A DNA stretch of 38,390 nucleotides from a virus (lineage: Duplodnaviria > Caudoviricetes). The position numbers and the translations under genes are program-made. The first letter of the stretch is position 1. Every line of letters starts with the position of its first letter. The notes under the pieces are model-generated. The model saw only the letters and a list, made by a program, of their open reading frames with translations. It had not been told where the DNA came from and ran no database searches. Positions 21,501-27,326 of this stretch are shown here, piece by piece. The stretch spans positions 1 to 38,390 of the IMG/VR virus record IMGVR_UViG_3300046832_000701; one strand, 5' to 3'.

Positions 21501-21962
21501 TTCCAGGTTGAGAACGTCACCCATGAAGACGAGTACAGGTTTGAACTCGTGGATCCAGACGCAATCGAGGCCATCCCCGAGACATGGCGCGACATGCTCA
21601 ACACAAACGCGGAAACGCTTTGGCGCCGGCAGTATCAGGAGCAGCGGGAGCGTCACACCGTCGTTCCGTATGTAGATGGCACTGTTTGCAATACCATCAA
21701 AGGCTGGGATATTGATGGCGTCAGCGCGTGGCAGTTGGAGCCCTACGGTCCGAACACTGTGACGTGTGAGATCCTGCCGAACACTGGACGGCTCAGGATT
21801 CCAAGCATTGGGACAGCGATCCTTTACGGAGCCGTCTACAGCGGAGTGGAATGCACGCAACAGCTTATCGTGTCTGACACGTACCAGCCAGTTCTTGCGG
21901 ACGAACTTGGGGTAACGGCAACGCTGATTCTGCGCGTGCCGTTTGAGGATGAGGAGGAGTGA
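18594..21962 (+). CDS. Large tail/baseplate protein (1122 aa)
   Basis: Long acidic ORF at the end of the tail operon; no specific family recognised. Confidence 0.65.
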   Translation: MISFPRVPEVEPGDPVTSTQLAGLADGLSARLTSGLGDGAWRVAYYYLAMARQFRVMGQTDAEFFHSIQMLDEPLSLPFAGSIGGVSTSNPLGLYVHGKGTFPAEVDAYDVPMATVTDAEQAWELAKQQRGAFNPSTEEWSSPTFDAARHAFRIVYGGTSIFGNAYGGFQPTPEFLGDCLDPDASPNFEIFFTNVETEATQVFDGTCPDEPTHIAGIWQTPLAFWVTLNDGALYYFDRSKWIEGPYESGAALRKTYSEHLPRVLNAFAGEFRGDTARVEGENKGGPRWLGKAFDIASFLTRPYYLAPARGYTINDEVVPQYTQGSRSGPTVSGVIGSHFAQSGCWFSCAIVRVTGTIVPATVTFTSGGVVVGKATIGSQAGSALAMFTQGAEDLEVSVSSVSGASVTVSYELAETFAYRPGVHDLWTLLRLAGANSASDIDGSGRSIANANEIWEAYSTLGVIPKLGGDNELPPMEDRQIDTNAVFDKFRRLSRVVRCLHPSQVKGYAVVDGKSVLYVSPFYQSIVGLPECDVLKGIRDEIEHEAPRQGYTNEWCAFARFAAYHPSPTSFWSQEGYAEYWSTSDRCAFYASTSTSAELKRHFNANFPSDVDSFLAPEAATGYRYAKNLNDAAVDEFYKSCRIYEPPLEIESAETVTVDGETQVKITFKTRFHHHETAPASVDRDIGTWDLSALLTEAQNYRTDENAIREYLAWKDDTSLNCERTGPGNAADNSTVQGLPDNPYGSCFPHIWLVQLLPKPYDDGNDTASRSDTPIRHDVMLQAETYIRAMCEGYVDGQTSIDYGCTVGVTAVFDYTFANLCFDAFQGTSITTMPTVETDALGPEDVREDSPIGYGPLPTVRLAAETWNQFAKAVNKLTRVRVSLPFQFETQPYDETNDTRFVDAVRADGTAADCSSAGGRGWRSQFDGGGRSPATMSGSWAAATTMNASNTLGYSLGVGYVCSASGAGPLFQVENVTHEDEYRFELVDPDAIEAIPETWRDMLNTNAETLWRRQYQEQRERHTVVPYVDGTVCNTIKGWDIDGVSAWQLEPYGPNTVTCEILPNTGRLRIPSIGTAILYGAVYSGVECTQQLIVSDTYQPVLADELGVTATLILRVPFEDEEE

Positions 21963-22186
21963 AACGCCCCGTCACATTCCGCGGCAAGATCATCGGCGCA
22001 AAGGTGACCCCGCCACCGCGCAGAAACGCCCCTACGCGCTCGCAATGCGAGGGGTGCGAGTGGTTCCACGCTGCGCGGTCTAAATGCGTCCACCCGCGGA
22101 ATGGGAGGCCGTGCAATCCGGCGAGGGTGGAGCCGTGGACGTGGGGGATGGCGTGCCCTGTGGCAAATGCCCAACCCACTCCTTGA
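21959..22186 (+). CDS. Small Cys-rich protein
   Basis: GGAGG RBS, GTGA overlap; CEGC..C..C..CP. Confidence 0.55.
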   Translation: MKRPVTFRGKIIGAKVTPPPRRNAPTRSQCEGCEWFHAARSKCVHPRNGRPCNPARVEPWTWGMACPVANAQPTP

Positions 22187-22409
22187 GATCCCAGCCGGTT
22201 TCCACGGCGTCGAGCAACCTGCCGCTGGACTTGTCCCATCGCATTTCTGTGGAGCGTGAGGATGCGCCCGCGGCGTGGATGATAGAGGCATCGCGGACTT
22301 CCGCGTGAAGCCCGTTGGCGCAACGCCAGACGCCTGGGATGACGCGTCCAAGTTTTGCGATGCTGGACGGAGGATCAATCGGAAGCGGTATGCCGAAGTA
22401 GGTTTTCAT
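22080..22409 (-). CDS. Hypothetical protein
   Basis: ATG 22409 overlaps the stop of 22406-22597; 3' end overlaps the convergent ORF. Confidence 0.45.
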   Translation of the reverse strand: MKTYFGIPLPIDPPSSIAKLGRVIPGVWRCANGLHAEVRDASIIHAAGASSRSTEMRWDKSSGRLLDAVETGWDLKEWVGHLPQGTPSPTSTAPPSPDCTASHSAGGRI

Positions 22410-22597
22410 GGCTTGTCCGGTGTCGTAACGCAAACCCACGCGCCTTTTCCAGTGCCGCGGCATTCGCCGCACTCTTCATCCCCTCGCGCTCCCGATCCGT
22501 TGCACGTCGGGCACAAGGAGCGCCGAATGACTTCCGCGCATTTCCGGCATCGCGTTGTCGGTGCCATTGGGTGGGTTGGGACGTGCTCGCAGGTCAT
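22406..22597 (-). CDS. Zinc-finger protein (DnaJ-type CxxCxGxG repeats)
   Basis: CPTCNGSG and CGECRGTG motifs; overlap-coupled. Confidence 0.6.
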   Translation of the reverse strand: MTCEHVPTHPMAPTTRCRKCAEVIRRSLCPTCNGSGARGDEECGECRGTGKGAWVCVTTPDKP

Positions 22598-22803
22598 GCC
22601 TCGCCTCCAATCTTTCCGAACGTGCTCCCATCAGGCAGCGGTCTTGGAACCGTGAACTCGATGCCGCGAATCGTGCGCGTGTCGCCCTCAGTTGCAAATG
22701 CTGGACCTGTGAACTGGACGACTTGGCCGTCGCTCAGTGTTACAAGGCATACTTGGTAATGGTTCTCAAGGCTCTTTGCCTCTTGGTTGCTCTTAGGTTT
22801 CAT
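22594..22803 (-). CDS. Hypothetical protein
   Basis: Purine-rich RBS upstream; first gene of the leftward block. Confidence 0.6.
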   Translation of the reverse strand: MKPKSNQEAKSLENHYQVCLVTLSDGQVVQFTGPAFATEGDTRTIRGIEFTVPRPLPDGSTFGKIGGEA

Positions 22804-22839
22804 CTTGGTTCTTCCTTTGTTCCTTGGGTTTCAGCTCGG

Positions 22840-23305
22840 TTCCGAAGGGTAAAGACACCACGCCTAGAGCGCGCTGCCGTCACCCTTCGTCTTCTCTCCG
22901 TTCCTTTGGGAACAGCTTCGGACACTTAGGTATGTGGCTTGCGTGACTGCATCCACACTTTGCCAGACTCTCGACGGAGAAATCACCCACCACATCACCC
23001 GGCCTCTAGCAATCTCGACACCAGCCTTTGCGCTTTGGGTGGCCCCGGCTTGCGCTCTCGTCAGAGGGTGCCGCGTCTTGATTATCCCGCTTCGTCCTCG
23101 GACCAGTCTGGGGAAAGAAGAAGCCGCCTGATTAGAACCCGTTTGAACGTAACGGTGTGCGGTTAGGCACTCAGGCGGCAAAGTAGCTGCAACGTTCAAC
23201 AACAGGGTTCTAAACCTGCGGATCCTTGGATCCTTCGACGGCGCGGACATTGGGCGGGATTGGGGTGGAGGTCAAATGGAAAGTGGATCCCGCCGCGCCG
23301 TGATG
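22840..23305. ncRNA. Candidate structured non-coding RNA or long leader
   Basis: Many 7-9 bp complementary segments, including a crossing (pseudoknot-type) pair; ORFs here lack convincing features; strand uncertain. Confidence 0.4.
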
Positions 23306-23415
23306 CCGATTACCGTTATTTCTGGGAGCCAACTCAATGCCGATTCACTGCGGCAACCCTGGGTGATGGCTAGGCTCGGCTTTCTGCGCGGAAGGACGGC
23401 GCAAGGTTGCCGCCC

Positions 23416-23451
23416 TGTTCCCGCTTGTCAACAGTGTTTCCCCGTGGCAAC
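23416..23451. promoter_or_regulatory. Tandem operator-like sites O1 and O2; O1 contains a leftward TTGACA
   Basis: Minus strand reads GTTGACAAGCGGGAACA (23416-23432) and GTTGCCACGGGGAAACA (23435-23451). Confidence 0.6.
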
Positions 23452-23459
23452 GTCCGCGC

Positions 23460-23666
23460 ATGGCAGAACTGGACAAGCGGATTGCCGCGATCAAGCGGGC
23501 GATGAAGCGAACGAAGCTCGGGCAGAACGAAGTGGCGCGCAGGGCGGGTGTCGCGAAAAGCACGGTTTCCCGCATCCTGAACGGGGAGCGTTCGCCAAGT
23601 GCCAAAATTCTTTTCGCGCTGGAAGCCGTTGCATTGCGAGCGGTTGCGGTGGTCTGTGAAAAATAG
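23460..23666 (+). CDS. Cro/CI-type (XRE) HTH regulator
   Basis: LGQNEVARRAGVAKSTVSRILNGERSPS is a canonical HTH_3 motif. Confidence 0.9.
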   Translation: MAELDKRIAAIKRAMKRTKLGQNEVARRAGVAKSTVSRILNGERSPSAKILFALEAVALRAVAVVCEK

Positions 23667-23668
23667 GC

Positions 23669-23685
23669 GTTGCCAGATGGGAACA
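23669..23685 (+). promoter_or_regulatory. Operator-like site O3
   Basis: GTTGCCAGATGGGAACA matches O1/O2. Confidence 0.6.
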
Positions 23686-23734
23686 GTTTGATGCATTGTC
23701 ATCACGTCAACGAAACGCAGAACGAAAGAACACC

Positions 23735-23983
23735 ATGAGCAAGACCTACAAGATCACCGGAAACGACGCCGTCCGCCTCGCTCAACGCGAAAACCTGACA
23801 GTGCGCGATAACGACGGCACGCCGGAGGTGGCCGTGACCCCCACTGGATGGCGCGACAGCAAGGGCAACCACTGCGACAGCGAAGGCCGCACGGTCGAGG
23901 CGTATTTCAACGCCTGCACCGGTAAGTATTTCGGGCCTGACGACGAGGGCGTGGAACCGTGCTGGAGTGACGCGAGCCTTTGA
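23735..23983 (+). CDS. Hypothetical protein
   Basis: ATG after an A-rich leader; plausible composition. Confidence 0.6.
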   Translation: MSKTYKITGNDAVRLAQRENLTVRDNDGTPEVAVTPTGWRDSKGNHCDSEGRTVEAYFNACTGKYFGPDDEGVEPCWSDASL

Positions 23984-23990
23984 TTTCCCC

Positions 23991-24007
23991 GTTGCCAATC
24001 GTCAACA
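23991..24007 (+). promoter_or_regulatory. Operator-like site O4
   Basis: GTTGCCAATCGTCAACA, intergenic, matches the consensus. Confidence 0.5.
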
Positions 24008-24025
24008 CTTCGACAATATCCACCC

Positions 24026-24193
24026 ATGCACATCCCCCTCTACACAGGACCCGCGGCAAAGGCCGCACGGCGCGCCCTCGGGTGGCGTCGCATTGCCCTG
24101 CGAGCCGTCAACCCGTCCACGGTCGCCTCTGACCTGTTCGAGTCGGCCAACCAATTCCGCGTGGCGCGGATGCTGTCGGAGGGTGGGCGATGA
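24026..24193 (+). CDS. Hypothetical protein (55 aa, not in the ORF track)
   Basis: MHIPLYTGPAAK...SEGGR; ATGA overlap with the ORF at 24190. Confidence 0.5.
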   Translation: MHIPLYTGPAAKAARRALGWRRIALRAVNPSTVASDLFESANQFRVARMLSEGGR

Positions 24194-24381
24194 ACGATCA
24201 CATCCTCACCGTATGGTGCGTTGGAATCATCGGAACCCTCTCCGCCTCCGCAATCGCCGCCGAACTCTGGCGCAGCCGCGAGCGATGGCGCGAGGGTGCG
24301 GAGAGCGCTGTTAAAATGTGCGCCCATCTTCACGCCGAAAACACCAAGCTGCGCGAAGAGCTTGCACGGAGGACCAAATGA
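24190..24381 (+). CDS. Small TM plus coiled-coil protein
   Basis: GGAGG RBS; N-terminal hydrophobic helix. Confidence 0.55.
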   Translation: MNDHILTVWCVGIIGTLSASAIAAELWRSRERWREGAESAVKMCAHLHAENTKLREELARRTK

Positions 24382-24631
24382 ATTTTGCCGGCACCACCAA
24401 AGACACGGCGTTTCTCAGTCATGGGTTGAGCGCGGGATTCGCTGCCCGCGTAGCGCAGGGTGGTGCCGGCTCCAATTTCAGCGGCTCGACAGGGGTGCAC
24501 CGTGGAGGGATGCACAAAGGGCGGGCCGCTGATCCAATCTCGGGCGACGCAGCCTGTTTGCTGCGCCGACCGTGAAAACGACCCGCGCCTGGTTATCCGG
24601 GGGGACGCTCCGGGCGCGGGTCACATTTTCC
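24381..24631 (+). ncRNA. Tandem long-stem hairpin RNAs separated by (C)AATTT-type linkers
   Basis: Stems 24387-24398/24459-24470, 24478-24488/24522-24532 and 24580-24592/24610-24622. Confidence 0.55.
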
Positions 24632-24650
24632 AGACCGACTATGCGACACA

Positions 24651-24914
24651 CCAATTTTTCCACGGCTCGGCGTGACGTTGCGCGGCTGGCCAAGGTGCGG
24701 TTTGGCGCGGCTATACGTCATCCCCACGAAACGGGGAACATTTTCCATGGCGCGGCGGGGCGCGCCTCGGCGAGGTCAGGCATGACATGGCAAGGCGAAA
24801 CGTTACCCGCACGAAACGCGGGGCAATTTTCCGCGGCAGGGCAGAGCATGGCACGGCCGGACTAGGTGCGGCAAAGCTACACGTCACCGGGTACGGTAAT
24901 CCCGGACATTTTCC
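24651..24914 (+). ncRNA. Array of three GGY-NN periodic guide-like RNA units
   Basis: Each unit is ATTTTCC, NN, 9-10 pentamers (mostly GGC/GGT+NN), NACGTYA and a GC hairpin; tracts start at 24664, 24749 and 24835. Confidence 0.8.
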
Positions 24915-24974
24915 CAAGCACCAAGAAGCACCCGCAAACCGCGGGGCAACGGTCGAAGGGATGACAGAGAAAAC

Positions 24975-25559
24975 ATGAAGACACTGAAGCTGAAAATGAC
25001 CGGAATCCGACCACTCGTCCTGCACAACGGACTGATGGCGGACCCAACGAACCCGTTCACGATTGCCATCAAGCGCATCACGTCGAAGGGGTCGAAGAAG
25101 ATGACGACCAGCGACTACGCGGAGCGCGACAGGCTGGAGTGGGAGGCTGGGCTGTACTGGTCTAGCGAGGCGGGCGGAATCGTCATCCCGTCCGACAACA
25201 TCGAGCGCTGCCTTCAGGAAGGTGCGAAGAAGTCTCGACTCGGGAAGGACTTTGCCGCCGCCGTGTTCGTCTCCGAGCCGGAGGTCGCCTTGGGGCACCG
25301 CATGGTCGGGAAGTCGAAGGAGGAGATTTTCGCCAATCCTGCTTACACGCTCCGAAAGGGGGTCAAGGTCCAGCTTTCCCGCATCATCCGCATCCGGCCG
25401 ATGATCCCTACAGGGTGGACCCTCACCTGCACCGTGGAGTTCGATGAGTCGATCGTGAACCGTCAGGCTGTAATCGACGCCGCAACCGAGGCTGGAAGCA
25501 TCATTGGCCTTGGCGATTGGCGTCCAAAATTCGGCCGTTTCACCGTGGAGGTTCTGTGA
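24975..25559 (+). CDS. Stand-alone Cas7/RAMP-like RNA-binding protein
   Basis: RAMP-like N-terminal strand (LKLKMTGIRPLVLH), 'IPSDNIERCL' helix motif and C-terminal Gly-rich loop GLGDWRPKFGRF. Confidence 0.75.
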   Translation: MKTLKLKMTGIRPLVLHNGLMADPTNPFTIAIKRITSKGSKKMTTSDYAERDRLEWEAGLYWSSEAGGIVIPSDNIERCLQEGAKKSRLGKDFAAAVFVSEPEVALGHRMVGKSKEEIFANPAYTLRKGVKVQLSRIIRIRPMIPTGWTLTCTVEFDESIVNRQAVIDAATEAGSIIGLGDWRPKFGRFTVEVL

Positions 25560-26014
25560 CTGGCGACGCTCGCAAACTTCCACTCTGGAAAAGCTGGCTG
25601 GAGGCCAACGAAAGACGGCTGGCCTATGGCGCGCAGTTCACGTCGAAGGAGCTGACCGAGTACCTTGGAATGGCCGAGGAAGACCTTCAGTTCGCGATGT
25701 CGATTCACCACATCCGGAAGGCTCTTCGCAGGAAAGGCATGAACTTCACGGCTCGCGGTCAGTACGGCGCGGGTTACGTCATCGCTCAGCCTGGAACCAA
25801 CCAAGCCGAGATGCGACGCATGGCCAACGTCGCGGCAAGCGCGATGCGCGAGGGTGTGATCCTTGGAACATCTACACCACTGGACCTGCTCACCGATGAG
25901 GAGAGAAGGATTCACGAGTCTCTGACTGAGAAGATGGCAACCCGGCTTGCACTCATGCGCAGGAAACTTCCAGCGCAAGAAATCGAAGGCAGGAAACCAA
26001 AGGCGATTGAATGA
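25556..26014 (+). CDS. Partner protein of the RAMP-like gene (possible winged-helix DNA-binding protein)
   Basis: GTGA overlap with GGAGG RBS; three helices followed by 'GQYGAGYVI' wing-like hairpin. Confidence 0.65.
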   Translation: MTGDARKLPLWKSWLEANERRLAYGAQFTSKELTEYLGMAEEDLQFAMSIHHIRKALRRKGMNFTARGQYGAGYVIAQPGTNQAEMRRMANVAASAMREGVILGTSTPLDLLTDEERRIHESLTEKMATRLALMRRKLPAQEIEGRKPKAIE

Positions 26015-26181
26015 CAACCATCCTCATCATCACCGCCTTCGCGTGTATCATCGCAGGCATCCGAATCAGCCGGGCTAGGATCCCGACGGAGGACTCGACA
26101 CCGCTCAACCTCAACCGCAGGCGCGGCATGGGACTCGCCGCCGCGCTGAACCTTTCACGCGCCGTTCGGCGCATTCACTGA
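26011..26181 (+). CDS. Small membrane protein (56 aa, not in the ORF track)
   Basis: ATGA overlap; MTTILIITAFACIIAGIRI hydrophobic N-terminus. Confidence 0.5.
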   Translation: MTTILIITAFACIIAGIRISRARIPTEDSTPLNLNRRRGMGLAAALNLSRAVRRIH

Positions 26182-26198
26182 ACAACGACAGGACACGC

Positions 26199-27326
26199 AT
26201 GACACCAGTACAGACACCAACGACAAGACCGCAGGGCGCGAACGTGCCAGCAACAACCGCAGCTGCACGGAAGGACGTGAAGAGCCTGATCGAAGGCTCC
26301 GCATTCCGCGCTGAGATCGCCAAGGTGCTGCCAAAGCACCTGACCGCAGAGAGGATGATCCGGGTTGCCCTCACGGCGACCATGAAGACACCGAAACTCC
26401 TGCTTTGCACCGCGGACAGTCTGACCCGATGCCTCCTCGACTGCTCCGCTCTCGGGATCGAACCGGACGGCAGGAGAGCGCACCTGATCCCATTTGAGGA
26501 CCGCAAGAAGGGCACGGTCACGGCGACCCTCATCATTGACTACAAGGGGCTGGCGGAACTCGCCATGAGGTCTGGGCTGGTCTCCAACATTCACGCCGAC
26601 GTTGTCCGCGAGAACGACGTTTTCGAGTACGACCTTGGCGAGATCAAGACGCACAAGATCAACTTCCGAGAGGACCGCGGAGCAGCCTACGCGTTCTATG
26701 CCATCTGCCGCTTTAAGGATGGCACGGTGAAGGCGGACGTGATGTCGGTTGACGAGGTGGAGGCGATCCGCGCCAGGTCCAAGTCCCCGAACGAAGGGCC
26801 TTGGGCAACGGATCCCGTGGAGATGGCGAAGAAGACGGTGTTCCGCCGGTTGTCCAAGTGGTTGCCGCTCTCACCTGAGTTCCGCGACGCGGTCGAGAAG
26901 GACGACGAGCACGACGACATCAAGGCGCCGATCGACGTGACCCCGCGCAATCCGCTGTTCACGCCGCCGAACGCGCCCGCACAGGTCCAAGGCGCGCCGC
27001 CTGACCCGGACCCAGGCGAAGGAGACGGCCAGGATCCGCAGGGCGAAGGCGACCCGCAGCCTGCGCCGCCGCAGGATCCGCAACCCGCGCCTCACCCCGC
27101 GCCCGCCACCGAACTCGACGGGAAGCGCCAGTTGATCGGAGACGGGTTCACCGACGCCGGAATTACCTTCGACCAGTTCAAGGCGTGGATCCTCGAAGCC
27201 CGCAAGGTTGAGGTGAAGGCGGACGGTTTTGCGGAACTCGAGGAGGTGATCGTGAAGAAGCTGATGCCCAACCTGCCCGCGCTCATTAAGCAGGCCAAGG
27301 CGTGGGCGGAAGGGGGTGCGGTGTGA
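26199..27326 (+). CDS. recT: RecT-family single-strand annealing protein
   Basis: LPKHLTAERMIRVAL, LGIEPDG.RAHLIPF, IIDYKGL, W..D..EMAKKTV.RRL.KWLP motifs. Confidence 0.92.
   Translation: MTPVQTPTTRPQGANVPATTAAARKDVKSLIEGSAFRAEIAKVLPKHLTAERMIRVALTATMKTPKLLLCTADSLTRCLLDCSALGIEPDGRRAHLIPFEDRKKGTVTATLIIDYKGLAELAMRSGLVSNIHADVVRENDVFEYDLGEIKTHKINFREDRGAAYAFYAICRFKDGTVKADVMSVDEVEAIRARSKSPNEGPWATDPVEMAKKTVFRRLSKWLPLSPEFRDAVEKDDEHDDIKAPIDVTPRNPLFTPPNAPAQVQGAPPDPDPGEGDGQDPQGEGDPQPAPPQDPQPAPHPAPATELDGKRQLIGDGFTDAGITFDQFKAWILEARKVEVKADGFAELEEVIVKKLMPNLPALIKQAKAWAEGGAV

Noticed and set aside
22864-23250. 128-aa minus-strand ORF as a repressor or integrase
   Set aside because: No recognisable motif or RBS; the region is better explained by RNA structure, though coding is not excluded
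24387-24474. Bona fide tRNA gene
   Set aside because: Has an acceptor-like stem and CCA but no TTCGA-type T arm in the right position and no D-arm consensus
24651-24914. Canonical CRISPR array
   Set aside because: No identical 25-45-nt repeats with unique spacers; the variable part is itself periodic; no cas1 or cas2
24318-24978. ORFs 24318-24575, 24460-24675, 24572-24865 and 24787-24978 over the array
   Set aside because: Low-complexity Arg/Gly/Ala translations; the 5-nt period and hairpins are better explained as RNA features
26940-27115. Pro/Gln/Asp repeats within recT
   Set aside because: Ordinary low-complexity protein linker
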